Part shown: positions 16,779 to 27,729 of the stretch, in pieces | Position numbering within the stretch: position 1 is the first letter of the stretch | Layout of the letters: each line of letters begins with the position of its first letter | From: a virus | Taxonomy: Duplodnaviria; Caudoviricetes | Length of the DNA: 64,000 bases | Strand: one strand, 5' to 3' | Virus record (IMG/VR): IMGVR_UViG_3300020043_005956 | Span: 2,241 to 66,240 of that record | The notes under the pieces: generated by a model | What the model was told of the DNA's origin: nothing | Databases searched by the model: none | The model's input: the letters and a program-made list of their open reading frames with translations, nothing else | Position numbers and translations under genes: made by a program

Positions 16779-18734
16779 ATGGGTTTAATTAAAAACAATC
16801 AATACTTTAAGTCTTTACCGAAAGACGTTGCTGACGTATTGGAAAAATTCGACCCCAAAAAACCTATTTTTCAATTTACAACTATACCTACTTTTCGGAC
16901 AAATCTTGAAAAGGAAAAGTATTGGGCAACAGAATTTGAAAGGTGGAATGTTGGATATGGTGGACTTCCTGCAACCTTGTACTTTATGGCAACTCAAGGG
17001 ATGCTTAAAAATCGTATAACAGGTGGGTTAGAACGTCCCGTTTGTCGTGATGTTGATTTGTACCTTCACACAAGACTTGAGATTGCAAAGAAACAAAAAC
17101 GTAGTGCGGGAATATTAAAAGGTAGAGGTGTTGGACTATCAACCTTGTTTGGCATATTGGCTAATCATACTATGCTTATAAAGCCTGGTAGTAATATCAA
17201 TATGACCTCAAAAGACCAACCAACCTTAGCTAAGATTTTTTCCGACAAATTGATTGTTTGCTACGAGAATCTTCATAAGGATATACGACCCGAAGAAAAG
17301 AACAGAAACGAAACCAAACAAACCTCTTACCTTGCTGTAAAAAGCGAATATGTTAATCAGTTTGGTGAAACAAAAGAAGGGGTGAGTACAATCTTTGCAA
17401 GGGAAACTTCTGATAGCGATAAAAGTGCTTCTTCTTTTTCGGGTAGTGGTGCTGCATTAGGTTTATATGACGAGCTTCCTTTGCATAGAAGGAAAAACAA
17501 GCTTTTAAACTCGTCTATTGAGTGTTACAGAAATCCAAGGACAAAAGAACTTGATGGATTTTTGATTTGGGGAGGAACGGTGGAGGATACTTTAACAAAC
17601 GATGACTTGATGGAGTTCAAGAAAACTGTTGAAAAGTCTGACACTTGGAAAAGCGATATAATCTTTCTTGACTGTCTTTGGGGTTTTCAAAAAACAAGCA
17701 CCGATTATACGGGATGGACTGATTGGGAGAACGGGCAAATATGGTATGAAAAGGAAATCGAAAGTATGATTTCTAAGTCTGACGATGAAGCCATACGTTC
17801 TTTTAAGAAAAACAACCCAAGAAGTATTAATGATATTTTTGAACTTGCTCAAGGCGGATATTGGGAGGACGATGTTGCTTCAATAGCCAAGCAGCACTAC
17901 GATGAATTGATTTCAATTCCCGAAGCCAAGATGCCTCTTGTAACAGGAAACATATTTAGAAACGGAAGAAAATCTACCTTTATGCCAAGCGCAAAAGGTT
18001 TTTGTGAAGTTATTGAACAACCAAAAAGTGGGGTAAAATATTTTATCGGCGTGGATGGTGCTGCTTCGCAAGAAAACACAACCAATAGTTCTGAAAAGGA
18101 TAGGTCTAAGGTGTCGGCAACGGTGATGAAAATATACGAAAGCCCCGAAGGGTTGAATTTTGCTCCTGTTTGCCAATATACAGAACTTCCAAAACAAATG
18201 GAAAAGTGTTACGAGGTATTAACCGCTCTTGCCACTTGGTATAACGCTAAAGTGCATATTGAATCCAACCAAGGACAAGCAACAGGAATTGTAACGTATT
18301 TTATAAACCAAAATCTTGAAGATTATTTATTTGCCCTTCAAGCGGAGGTTGGAACACATATATTAAAGAAGAAAGCAATATACGGTCAATATAGAACGGA
18401 GCAAATATTGTCTAAGCAAATTGACCTTGGAAATATTTATCTAAGAAAACATTGTAAGGATATTTTTATCCCTTCATTGATGTATGAAATAGCTTTTGCA
18501 AATCATACAGACAACTTTGATAGGCTAAGTAGCTTTTTAACGGTTCTTGCTATTGCTTGGCCTTTAATAAACAAGCCTATTCAAAAAGAAAATAAAATTC
18601 AGCAATTCATAGAACACCCTGTAATGGTAAGGAATCAAGACGGAAGTTGGGGGTGGGGTATGAAAAGGCAATATCTTGTAAATCCACACGAACACACAAA
18701 TAATCTTTTACCCGACACATACTCAAGACAATGA
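16779..18734 (+). CDS. terminase large subunit
   Basis: LKGRGVGLS Walker A variant, LYDE Walker B, WGGT coupling motif, YFIGVD nuclease motif, HIESNQG. Confidence 0.92.
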   Translation: MGLIKNNQYFKSLPKDVADVLEKFDPKKPIFQFTTIPTFRTNLEKEKYWATEFERWNVGYGGLPATLYFMATQGMLKNRITGGLERPVCRDVDLYLHTRLEIAKKQKRSAGILKGRGVGLSTLFGILANHTMLIKPGSNINMTSKDQPTLAKIFSDKLIVCYENLHKDIRPEEKNRNETKQTSYLAVKSEYVNQFGETKEGVSTIFARETSDSDKSASSFSGSGAALGLYDELPLHRRKNKLLNSSIECYRNPRTKELDGFLIWGGTVEDTLTNDDLMEFKKTVEKSDTWKSDIIFLDCLWGFQKTSTDYTGWTDWENGQIWYEKEIESMISKSDDEAIRSFKKNNPRSINDIFELAQGGYWEDDVASIAKQHYDELISIPEAKMPLVTGNIFRNGRKSTFMPSAKGFCEVIEQPKSGVKYFIGVDGAASQENTTNSSEKDRSKVSATVMKIYESPEGLNFAPVCQYTELPKQMEKCYEVLTALATWYNAKVHIESNQGQATGIVTYFINQNLEDYLFALQAEVGTHILKKKAIYGQYRTEQILSKQIDLGNIYLRKHCKDIFIPSLMYEIAFANHTDNFDRLSSFLTVLAIAWPLINKPIQKENKIQQFIEHPVMVRNQDGSWGWGMKRQYLVNPHEHTNNLLPDTYSRQ

Positions 18735-20953
18735 TTTCATTAAACATGATTGAACCCCAGGTTTTTCGTCCTGACCCTTGGATTAGCAAAAACGAAATCG
18801 ACAAACAAATGGTTGAAGTCGATGAGGACAAAAGGCAGATTACTTGGTTTAGTCAAAACCTTAGATTTTTCTTATACAACTATTACAACCGACCTGCTGG
18901 AAGTTGGTCTATTGACGACCCAATGGAGAACCTGCGGATTGTTTCAAGGGGTGTTGAGTTTAGTAGGTACTTGTTTGGAAAGCAAAACAATCTTTTCTAC
19001 AAGCAGTTTACAACGGATATGGATAACAACAATCTTCAAGTTCGTTGGGAGGCAGGAAAGGAAATTTCAAACATTTACAGGCATCATTTAGGTTTGTTTG
19101 AAAAACAACTTGGAAACAAGAAGATAACTGCATTAACTTTAAGTAGAGATGTTGTTGTTGAAAGGAAAGCGTTTATTGAGGCGGCAATGCTTCAAGGTAG
19201 CGAAGAGTTTATGCAAGTTCTTGGTCAAATTGATGGAATGAGCTTAAATCCACTTGGAACAAAAGAGAACCCTAAAACTCCGCAAAAAGCTGCGGAAATG
19301 GCTATGAAGAAGTGGAAAGACAAGGCGGCTGACAATGCAGTTAAATTGGGGTACGCCTTGCAAGAGGGGCAGTTTATGGATATGATTATGAAGGCTTGTT
19401 TTGCTGACAAGTATGCCGCAAACTTTACAGGCGTTAGTATCCTTGCAAAAAATGGAAAGCCCGAAATTCAGCATCATCCCTTTTACAATTTGTTTTGGGA
19501 GAAAGCGACAAACGACCCCTTCAATAGAAAAATGAAAGCTGCTGGGTATATCGAGCAATTAACTGCCCAAGAAATATTAACAAGGTGGAGTGTAAACGAG
19601 CAAACGGCACAAGAAATAAAAGATGCGTATATGAACATAACGCCAAACGCCAACTATTATAATTGGCCTTTATTTTCTTGGTATGGCCCTGCGACAACAA
19701 GCAGAGCAGGAACGATAAGCGTTGTTACTTGTTTTTGGATTGGGCCAAGACACTTAAACAAAAAGAAAATAAATGACAAGTATGGCAACGTAAATTACGT
19801 TAAGCCAAGAAAGAACGAAAAGTCTGAACTTGTAACAAACGATTTATACTATTGTGTTTTTGCTGGTGATAGATGGATTTTGGAAGAAGGTCTTGCAAAT
19901 AATGTTGTTCGTTCTTGGGACAACAAGAGCAACCCTGAAATGCCCATCAAGATTTTTGATGGATTCAATATAATGGGCGATGGCACGTCTATGGTTGGTC
20001 TTATGAATCAAATCCAAGATATGCTTGACTTCCTTCGGTTCAAGATTAAATCCATTATGGCAAGGGATAAGGGTGTTGTATATTTGATGGATGGAAGCAA
20101 ATTGAACAGCCTTACTGATAATCCGAAAAGGCTTATCAATGACTTTAGTGCTTTTGGTTTTAGCGTATACAATGGTGCATCAGGCGAGTATGGGGACGTT
20201 CAGTTTGGTGATGGTGAACTAATAAAGCCGCTTGACTTTAGGCTTGATAGCGCAGCAATAAACGTATACACCAACCAATATGCTTTCTTCCTTAATCAAA
20301 TGGAGAAGATTGCATCATTAAGCGGCGTTGCTATGGGGCAACAAACAACCTACGTTTCGGAGAAGGTGAGAAAAGCCTCAATGGAAGCTGCATATACAGG
20401 ACTGCTTTCCGAGTTTACCAACTTTACAAGGTACGAAGAAGAGATTTTGCAATACGCAGTAAACTTGTATATTTTGCTTTTAAAAGGCAAGAAAGAAAAC
20501 ATTGTTATTGGCAAGGAAGGTATTGATGTGCTTGATGTTGATGGAGAATGGACGTTGCAAGATGTTTTGATATACCTCAAAACAGACGATGTTATTGATG
20601 AAGAAAGAAAACTAAGCCTTGATGGAAAACTTCTTGCTTACTTACAAAATAGTGGAAACCCAAATAGCGCAGAAGCGTTCTTGACTTCAATTAAAATGAT
20701 GAAGGCGGAAACGTATCAAGAGGCGGAAGATATTTTAGAGGACTATATCGAGAAAGCTAAAAAAGCCCTTGACGAAGCAAATGCACAAGCACAAGCAATG
20801 AAACTTGCAGAAATGCAAAACTATCAAAACGCTGTTGACAAGCAAGAGTCGGGAGCAACGGCAAGAAAGGAAATGGAGGTTAACTCTAAAATGGCAGTTG
20901 AAGCAGCAAATCTTGAAGCAAAAGAACAAGAAATGCAGCAACCTTCGGCTTAA
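18731..20953 (+). CDS. portal protein
   Basis: 740 aa directly after terminase; helical, Gln/Ala-rich C-terminus; crAss-like gene order. Confidence 0.85.
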   Translation: MISLNMIEPQVFRPDPWISKNEIDKQMVEVDEDKRQITWFSQNLRFFLYNYYNRPAGSWSIDDPMENLRIVSRGVEFSRYLFGKQNNLFYKQFTTDMDNNNLQVRWEAGKEISNIYRHHLGLFEKQLGNKKITALTLSRDVVVERKAFIEAAMLQGSEEFMQVLGQIDGMSLNPLGTKENPKTPQKAAEMAMKKWKDKAADNAVKLGYALQEGQFMDMIMKACFADKYAANFTGVSILAKNGKPEIQHHPFYNLFWEKATNDPFNRKMKAAGYIEQLTAQEILTRWSVNEQTAQEIKDAYMNITPNANYYNWPLFSWYGPATTSRAGTISVVTCFWIGPRHLNKKKINDKYGNVNYVKPRKNEKSELVTNDLYYCVFAGDRWILEEGLANNVVRSWDNKSNPEMPIKIFDGFNIMGDGTSMVGLMNQIQDMLDFLRFKIKSIMARDKGVVYLMDGSKLNSLTDNPKRLINDFSAFGFSVYNGASGEYGDVQFGDGELIKPLDFRLDSAAINVYTNQYAFFLNQMEKIASLSGVAMGQQTTYVSEKVRKASMEAAYTGLLSEFTNFTRYEEEILQYAVNLYILLLKGKKENIVIGKEGIDVLDVDGEWTLQDVLIYLKTDDVIDEERKLSLDGKLLAYLQNSGNPNSAEAFLTSIKMMKAETYQEAEDILEDYIEKAKKALDEANAQAQAMKLAEMQNYQNAVDKQESGATARKEMEVNSKMAVEAANLEAKEQEMQQPSA

Positions 20954-21108
20954 ATTTTATACCTTTCTCTAAGGATTTGATTTATAAGTTCAGTTGGGCT
21001 TATATCTCTTTCTTGGCATTCTTGACGAAATTTTCTTAGTAAATTAGGACGAGGGGTAATTCTCAACAAAGAGGATTGCCCCTTTCTGCTTGTTGCAATT
21101 TTTTCCAT
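20950..21108 (-). CDS. ribbon-helix-helix regulator (52 aa), antisense within the head module
   Basis: LRITPRPNLLRKFRQECQERDISPTELINQIL; TATATTTG 4 nt upstream of ATG. Confidence 0.7.
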   Translation of the reverse strand: MEKIATSRKGQSSLLRITPRPNLLRKFRQECQERDISPTELINQILRERYKI

Positions 21109-21201
21109 TAGGCAAATATAGGCAATTAAACCGATATACATAACTTTCTTAATGTATAAGCCAAGGTATTTTTGTGGTTGATTTATAAAAACGAAAGCAA
21201 A

Positions 21202-22314
21202 ATGGAAAACAGCAACGAAATGGACTGGACACAAAACCCAGCATTGACGCAAGCAATTGAAAGCAAAACCGTTCAACAAACAGAAGCTCCGAAAGGGGAT
21301 TTGATGGAAGAAAAGGTTGAAACGATTGAAAGTGAAACAAAAGTCGAAAAACCTGTTGAACAAGCGAATCCTCAAGGGGAGCAAGAGCAGCAAATTGAAG
21401 TTAATAAGGCTGCTGAATCAAAGGATGATATTTTTGATGTTGATGATTCGGAAGTTTTTTCTCAAATCATTACCGACCCAAGTAAGGAGAAAGAAGTACA
21501 AGAAAACAAAATCAACCCAGAGGTTGAAAAGAAAATAAAGTTCCTTGAAGATTTAGAATCAGACCCAATTGCCAAATTGGTTATTGAAGCAAGATTAAGA
21601 GGCGAAGATGTTTATGAGGCTTTAGAGAAAGTAAAACCAATCAATGTAGAAAAACTTTCTATTGATGATTTGAAGAAAGAATACTTTAAAGAAGCGGAAA
21701 AAACATTAAAACAAATTGGACTTGATGAAGACGAGGTGAGGGATGAAATGGAAAGGGAGATGGACAAGTTCAATGATATGACAAGGCTTGAACAAGCTCA
21801 AAAGCTTGGCGATATAAAGCAGAAAATGATGGCGGAAAATGCTAAACGCTTGGAAGAAGCAGGCAACAATCCGTTTAAACAAGCAGCAGCCAAGTTAAGT
21901 GAGATAAGAAAGCAAAATATAGAAAACGCACAGGCAGAATGGGGGCAAATGAAAAAAGACCTTGTTGGTAAGTCGATGTATGGTTTGGAATTAACCCAAG
22001 AACGTATCGGCATGGTTGAAAAATTCATTCAACACCCAAACTACCCTCCCGTTTTAAACTCTGATGGCTCTATCAATATGCAAAAAACCTTCCTTTTGTA
22101 CGGGCCTTATGCACTTCGGAATGATGTGTCAAAGGCAATAGCGGCAAAAGCAAAAGGTGAAGGCAAAGATGAAGTTTACAGAGAGGTGACACGCCCTGAC
22201 GATTACACCACAAGGCGACCAAATTCACCAGCGTTGAACGGCAATACTGACCGCAAGACGGCATTAGCAAACACAATCGCAGAGGCGTTCGGTGGTGGCC
22301 TCGACAAATTTTAA
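21202..22314 (+). CDS. capsid scaffolding-like protein
   Basis: acidic coiled-coil between portal and capsid genes. Confidence 0.7.
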   Translation: MENSNEMDWTQNPALTQAIESKTVQQTEAPKGDLMEEKVETIESETKVEKPVEQANPQGEQEQQIEVNKAAESKDDIFDVDDSEVFSQIITDPSKEKEVQENKINPEVEKKIKFLEDLESDPIAKLVIEARLRGEDVYEALEKVKPINVEKLSIDDLKKEYFKEAEKTLKQIGLDEDEVRDEMEREMDKFNDMTRLEQAQKLGDIKQKMMAENAKRLEEAGNNPFKQAAAKLSEIRKQNIENAQAEWGQMKKDLVGKSMYGLELTQERIGMVEKFIQHPNYPPVLNSDGSINMQKTFLLYGPYALRNDVSKAIAAKAKGEGKDEVYREVTRPDDYTTRRPNSPALNGNTDRKTALANTIAEAFGGGLDKF

Positions 22315-22336
22315 CAACAATTTTTAATCAAAAAAA

Positions 22337-23722
22337 ATGGCACAAGCTTTAACCCCCAACACAAACCTGATTGCGAACGGTTTGACGCTTCCATCCTTGG
22401 ATAGCATGAAACTCGCCGCAGACATTTCAGGTCAATATTGCGAATTTATGAAAGTAATTTGGATGCTCAACTATGACCGTCCAATGGAAGAAATGAGTAT
22501 TTCCACAGTTGATGGTAAACGTACAACTACAATTCTTCCTGACACAATCCGTACTGCTACCTTGGCTGCAAATGCAATTCCTCTTGGTGGTGGACAATTT
22601 CAAGTAACCTTTACAGACCCTAACTACTCTTTGTTCCGTGTTGACGACATCATCCGTGATACCTACGCCAACAAATCGGCTCGTGTGGTTAGCTTTGTAC
22701 CAGGTTCGGCTATCATTACTGCTGCTGATGCAACAGGTATTAACGTAGCTTCTCAATTCCTTGCAGGACGCAACGTAACTTGTTTAGATGGTGTTCAATC
22801 TCCAAACCTTTACAGTTCTTCTCCTGATGGAATCTACAACGACCCAAGCCAACAATTCAACTACGCTAACATCGTTCGTGAAGGAGCGCAAATTAGCCGC
22901 CGTAATGGAGTTGATTCCACAATGGTTCAATTCAAAGGTAAAGGTTGGTACTTTGCTTATGAGCAACAAATGGTACAACGTATCTTCCGTGGTCTTTCTT
23001 TCCGTTTCTTGTTTGGTGACCGTTTCTCTGATGGTACTCGTAACTACAATGGCGGATTGGATTGGTTAATTCCAAACCGTGGTGGTTCAGTTTTCTCTTT
23101 ACCAACTGCACCTACCTTGGCTGACATCAACGATTGGATTCAAAAAATCATCATTTCAAACGCTACTCCAACTTTGGATATTTGGTGCTTCTGCGGAACT
23201 CGCTTTATGTTGAACTTCCAACAACTTGCTACTGCAAACACCCAATATATCACCAACCTTGGCCCTCGTGCGGAACTTAACGGTAAATCATTGGTTAACT
23301 ACAACGTAATGACTTATAGCATTATGGGTGTAAACGTAACCTTTATGCGTCTACCTGTTCTTGACTACGCTAAAGCGTTCCCTGATGTATCAGTAAACGG
23401 TGGTTTGAAATCTTCTTGGACTGCTTATATGTTAAACCTTGCACCAATCCCAGGTGTGGGTGGTGGAATGTTGCCAGCTCTTGAGTTCTTCTACTTTGGC
23501 GCACAACCTGTATTCTATGGTTATGTTGCAGGAACAATCAAAGATTGGAACGGAGTAGCGGGTGGCTCAATGGGTTCAGTAAACGCCCTTGCAGGTGACG
23601 TGAATCTTGCCTCTTACCTAAGCGCAACTGATAAAGACGGTATCTCTGCCTATATCGGTGCTGACGTGGGAATTGACGCTCGTGACACTAAGGCAATGAT
23701 TAAATTCTACATTAGCGCATAA
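22337..23722 (+). CDS. major capsid protein
   Basis: 461 aa, strongly biased codon usage, FLFGDR...GGLDWLI motif, position after scaffold. Confidence 0.85.
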   Translation: MAQALTPNTNLIANGLTLPSLDSMKLAADISGQYCEFMKVIWMLNYDRPMEEMSISTVDGKRTTTILPDTIRTATLAANAIPLGGGQFQVTFTDPNYSLFRVDDIIRDTYANKSARVVSFVPGSAIITAADATGINVASQFLAGRNVTCLDGVQSPNLYSSSPDGIYNDPSQQFNYANIVREGAQISRRNGVDSTMVQFKGKGWYFAYEQQMVQRIFRGLSFRFLFGDRFSDGTRNYNGGLDWLIPNRGGSVFSLPTAPTLADINDWIQKIIISNATPTLDIWCFCGTRFMLNFQQLATANTQYITNLGPRAELNGKSLVNYNVMTYSIMGVNVTFMRLPVLDYAKAFPDVSVNGGLKSSWTAYMLNLAPIPGVGGGMLPALEFFYFGAQPVFYGYVAGTIKDWNGVAGGSMGSVNALAGDVNLASYLSATDKDGISAYIGADVGIDARDTKAMIKFYISA

Positions 23723-23738
23723 TTAAGTAAACACATTT

Positions 23739-23758
23739 GGGGGCTTATACGCCCCCTT
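23739..23758 (+). terminator. hairpin after capsid gene (weak terminator or stabiliser)
   Basis: GGGGGC/GCCCCC stem, short T tail. Confidence 0.5.
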
Positions 23759-23780
23759 AATAAAAAAATCAAACAAAAAA

Positions 23781-24854
23781 ATGACACCTCCAATAGTAAA
23801 CATTCTTAACACCGTAACAGGTGCGGCTGATGCCACAATTACAGGTGGAAAAGTTGCTTTTCCAAACGTATCAGGTTTTCCTGTAATTGACTACTTGAAA
23901 ATCAAGGATTCAGTTTTCAATCAATCAACTGTTTATACACCAGTAACTCCTGTTGTATTTGCCGCAGGATGCAAACGTGCCTTGCAAGAACAATCAGCAA
24001 GTTTCGACATCACCTTTACTGCTGCTAACAACCAAACTTATGCTTTTACCATTGAGCAAGTTGTAAACGAAAAGTTGCAAGTTATTCCTTTTTCATACAC
24101 CTCTGATTCAACAGGTTCTGCTGCTGAAATCGCAAGTGCTTTTGTAAGTGCAATCAACGCTGCAACTTCCTTGCGTGTAACTGCATCAGGAACAGGCTCT
24201 CCTATAACTGTTGTTGCTCAACCAATCGTAAATGGTGGAACTGCCAACTTTACAATCATTCCACAAGGTAACGTAGCTGTTGACTTGACAAAAAACGCTG
24301 CTTTATCGGCAGGTGGCGGAAGCGCAATTAGCGGTATTACCAATGCTACGCCAAGAGTTGTAAGTGCTACTGCTCACGGCTTGAAAAATGGACAAACAAT
24401 CGTATTGAGAGGTTGTGCAGGTGCAGGAACTATTCCTACTTCTGTAAACGGGATTGCTTTCCAAGTTCAAGTGGTTAATGCAAACTCTTTTAGCCTTGTA
24501 GGTTCAACAAATGCTGGTGCTGTTACAGTTGCCGCAGTTGAGGTTTATTTTCCTGGTCAAGAGCCTTTGGGTCAATATGATGACGTGTTAAAAAGCCTTG
24601 TTGCCGCAGGAAGCACAAACTTGCCAACTGTTGGTCAGCAATATGCTCAAGTTAACCTTGTGTACAACACAGACGATACATCTTTGTTGAACACTCAAAG
24701 GGAAGACTACAACCAAGCAATTCTTTGGGTTAACCAAGGTTCTTCTACTACCGTATCTGCTGCTCCTGACGCAAACTACTTGCTTCTTGAAACGCAGGTT
24801 GCTACTATCTTGGGTGGTGGCGGAAGTGCTTACCTTGCTGTTCCAACTCCTTAA
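23781..24854 (+). CDS. auxiliary capsid/decoration protein with FCCH-like beta domain
   Basis: Ala/Thr/Gly-rich; ISGITNATPRVVSATAHGLKNGQ motif; follows the capsid gene. Confidence 0.7.
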   Translation: MTPPIVNILNTVTGAADATITGGKVAFPNVSGFPVIDYLKIKDSVFNQSTVYTPVTPVVFAAGCKRALQEQSASFDITFTAANNQTYAFTIEQVVNEKLQVIPFSYTSDSTGSAAEIASAFVSAINAATSLRVTASGTGSPITVVAQPIVNGGTANFTIIPQGNVAVDLTKNAALSAGGGSAISGITNATPRVVSATAHGLKNGQTIVLRGCAGAGTIPTSVNGIAFQVQVVNANSFSLVGSTNAGAVTVAAVEVYFPGQEPLGQYDDVLKSLVAAGSTNLPTVGQQYAQVNLVYNTDDTSLLNTQREDYNQAILWVNQGSSTTVSAAPDANYLLLETQVATILGGGGSAYLAVPTP

Positions 24855-24881
24855 TTTGTCTTAGCAAACTGAAAGCCTTAT

Positions 24882-24908
24882 GGGGGCTATTAACTTAGCC
24901 CCCTTTTT
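24882..24908 (+). terminator. intrinsic terminator
   Basis: GGGGGCTA/TAGCCCCC plus TTTTT. Confidence 0.8.
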
Positions 24909-24932
24909 ATTAATCAAAAAAAAGAAAGCAAA

Positions 24933-26081
24933 ATGAAAAACAAAGTATTACCAGCAGGCACTTACATCGTTGAGGCCAACTCTTCTGAACTTACAGAAGG
25001 AACACACGTTATCCCAGGCGTATACAGGGATGGAACAAAAACCGTATATCTTCTTACTGATTTTGGAATTTCAAACGAATCTCCCGAAATAGGTTCAGGC
25101 AAAACCAAATGGAACTTGGAACTAAAAAGGGGTTATGAATCAAATCCTTTTGAAATTACCATTACCGATATGGATGATGACAATGAGCGTTCTAAAAAGG
25201 AATCGTTTATTTTAGCTTTGCGTAGGCATAGCCATTGCAACAATTCCGAAAACTCAAACTACAAATTTCTTACTCCATCGTTTAAGGTAATCAACAAGGC
25301 TGATAAAATCAATGAGCGTGTTGGAATTATCAAAGGCAAAGGAAGTGTATACAACTACATTAGCGACCTTACTTTTGAAGAATTGCGTGACCTTGAATTT
25401 GCGGAAGGCGGAAATGCTATTGGAAAAACATACGATGACCTTTTTGTGAAATGGGCTGATTTTGACACAAGCCCTGCAATGATTGACCCTGAAAACTTTA
25501 TGAGGAAACAAAAAGGAAGCGACAGGGCTATCGAGGTTATTGTAAATAAAGCAATCAGGCTTCTTATTGTTGAACAAAGGGATGGTTACTATTATATTAG
25601 CGGTGAACTGATTGGTAAATCGGTTGCTGATGTAATTAACTATTGCAAAGAAAACACCGAGAAGTACGAAAAGCATATTCTACCAATGGTGAGAAAGTCG
25701 GATGTTCTTTTGGAAACTCCTGAAAAATCTGCAAGAATTGTTGCCAATCCAAACGAAGAAGCAAAACAAGAGCAAGCAAAAAGGGATGAATTACGCAAGA
25801 TTTGTTTTCAAAAAGGAATCCATTACAACCACACTTGGACTTCTTCTAAGTTAGAGGCTTTGATTCAGGAATATGACAATGCTCCTGAGAATAGCACTTT
25901 AAGAAAAGAGGCTAAGATTATGGCTAAGGAAAACGAAAAGGTTGGCGAAAAAGTAAGGATGAAAACTGTTGTTGCCTATTTAAAAACCTACAATGTTCCC
26001 CACGTTGAGGGCGACACGTTGGAGAATTTAGAAAAGGCAATGAAAAATCATCAGCTTGAAAAAGCCGCCGCAGCACTTTAA
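24933..26081 (+). CDS. conserved virion-module protein (crAss-like head cluster)
   Basis: VNKAIRLLIVEQRDGYYYISGELIGKSVADVINY motif; position. Confidence 0.7.
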   Translation: MKNKVLPAGTYIVEANSSELTEGTHVIPGVYRDGTKTVYLLTDFGISNESPEIGSGKTKWNLELKRGYESNPFEITITDMDDDNERSKKESFILALRRHSHCNNSENSNYKFLTPSFKVINKADKINERVGIIKGKGSVYNYISDLTFEELRDLEFAEGGNAIGKTYDDLFVKWADFDTSPAMIDPENFMRKQKGSDRAIEVIVNKAIRLLIVEQRDGYYYISGELIGKSVADVINYCKENTEKYEKHILPMVRKSDVLLETPEKSARIVANPNEEAKQEQAKRDELRKICFQKGIHYNHTWTSSKLEALIQEYDNAPENSTLRKEAKIMAKENEKVGEKVRMKTVVAYLKTYNVPHVEGDTLENLEKAMKNHQLEKAAAAL

Positions 26082-26105
26082 TATACACCCTCAACCCCTA
26101 TGTAT

Positions 26106-26137
26106 AAGCCGCTTTTAATCAAGGCGGCTTTCTTTTT
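26106..26137 (+). terminator. intrinsic terminator
   Basis: AAGCCGCTTT/AAGGCGGCTT plus T tract. Confidence 0.85.
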
Positions 26138-26200
26138 GCCTAAAAACATCCACAACTTTAATTTAAGTGTAAAATAAGCTATATTTTTGCGTATACAACC

Positions 26201-27097
26201 ATGACAGGCTTAGAACTAAAACGCATATTTGGCCTTCAAGTCGACAAGGACTACACAGGCTATTGGGATAACACCAAACTCAATGCAATCTTTGCAAGAG
26301 CCTTGATTAATGCGATGGAGAAGATTTATCGTAATTTGTCTGAACAAGGCGAATACGATGAATTAAGGGGCTTTATTAAAGTTAACAGAACCTTTACCCC
26401 CGCAGCGTTTAATATTCTGTATACGGACATAACCGCTACTGCTACACCAAACATACAGGACTACTACCACTTGTTGCACGTTAGCGCACAATTCAACGAG
26501 CCGCTTTATAATGTAAATGTTGTTTCAGCAACCAACGCAAGTCCAATAGTTGTAACCTTTAGTGGTCAAAACAATATACGGACAGGAGATAAGTTGTTTT
26601 TTAGTGGCGCTGTTGGCAATACTAACCTTAATGGTTTAAGGTATCCGAAAAAGGTAAAGAACAATGTGTTTGCTTTATACTTGGACGAGAACTTTCAAAC
26701 CCCAACCACAGGAAACGGAGCGTACACAACATTGAGCGCAAGCGTAGCGAGGTATTGGTATGAGGCTTGTCAAAGGTATTTTTCTGACAGAAAGAACACC
26801 CAGTTTGGTTCACCATCGGCAAGCAATCCAAAGTTTGAACAACAAAATGGAACGGCTTTAACGCCAACTATGATGTTGTTTCATCCGTTAAGTTTGCAAT
26901 GCAACCAAGTTAGCGTAGATTATATTTCTCAACCTCCACAAGTTATTGACGTTGCTGACAATGTAATTGACCTTGAAAGGTGGTACGACAAAACAATGCT
27001 TTACCTTGTTGTTGAACAAGCCTCTTTATTGGCTGCACAACAAATAAGGGATGGTGAACTTTATCAATCTACGGCTGCTCAAATAGTACAACAATGA
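26201..27097 (+). CDS. tail ring/head-tail connector protein with FCCH-like insertion
   Basis: position; VVSATNASPIVVTFSG motif; YISQP near C-terminus. Confidence 0.65.
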   Translation: MTGLELKRIFGLQVDKDYTGYWDNTKLNAIFARALINAMEKIYRNLSEQGEYDELRGFIKVNRTFTPAAFNILYTDITATATPNIQDYYHLLHVSAQFNEPLYNVNVVSATNASPIVVTFSGQNNIRTGDKLFFSGAVGNTNLNGLRYPKKVKNNVFALYLDENFQTPTTGNGAYTTLSASVARYWYEACQRYFSDRKNTQFGSPSASNPKFEQQNGTALTPTMMLFHPLSLQCNQVSVDYISQPPQVIDVADNVIDLERWYDKTMLYLVVEQASLLAAQQIRDGELYQSTAAQIVQQ

Positions 27098-27729
27098 CAG
27101 GAAACGAAGTATACGAAAGATTTGTAAGGCTTGCATCTGCTGGTATTCAAACGGACGAAAGTCGTTGGGATGAGCCTTATGTTCAAAACCTTGTTGACAC
27201 TTGTAGGGCAACTGCTATACAAACGATTTATGTAAAGACTAAAATCATTCACCCCAATTGGGTTCAAGAATTGAATTTAGAATTTAGCGAAGATTTGCAA
27301 GAGGATAATTGTTTTCAACGATTTGAGTGTCCGATGTTTGTTTCTCTTGATGGAAGCACTCAAGGGTTGATGTTTGCAGGAAGCCAAAGAAACAATTGCA
27401 CAATCCCTGTTGTTCGTACAAGAGCAGAACTTGGGATTTATCAAAATAATAGAGTTACAGCAAACAGAATGATGGGGTTGTATGTTTACCCTTACCTCGA
27501 TATTTACCAAAAGGGCATAATGCTTGAACAAGTAAGAGTTAGTGGCGTATTTCAATATCCATTTCAACTTCCTACATACAACAAAATGATTGACGAATAT
27601 CCTGTTACAACGGATGTTCTTGAAATAATGGAAGAAATTTGGGTAAATAAACTTAAAGTTATTATGGCAACGCCACTTGACGTTTTGCCTGATACAAAAG
27701 AAACCCCAGCAACACTACCTAAACAATGA
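27094..27729 (+). CDS. tail ring protein
   Basis: VRVSGVFQYP...DEYPV motif typical of crAss-like ring proteins; overlapping start/stop coupling. Confidence 0.65.
   Translation: MTGNEVYERFVRLASAGIQTDESRWDEPYVQNLVDTCRATAIQTIYVKTKIIHPNWVQELNLEFSEDLQEDNCFQRFECPMFVSLDGSTQGLMFAGSQRNNCTIPVVRTRAELGIYQNNRVTANRMMGLYVYPYLDIYQKGIMLEQVRVSGVFQYPFQLPTYNKMIDEYPVTTDVLEIMEEIWVNKLKVIMATPLDVLPDTKETPATLPKQ

Noticed and set aside
16779-23722. Introns or inteins in terminase, portal or capsid genes
   Set aside because: ORFs are uninterrupted and of ordinary size; no splicing or homing-endonuclease motifs seen.
26942-26950. Extra GTTATTGAC match to the leader motif
   Set aside because: Only 9 nt, inside a coding region (V-I-D), no adjacent promoter; likely chance.
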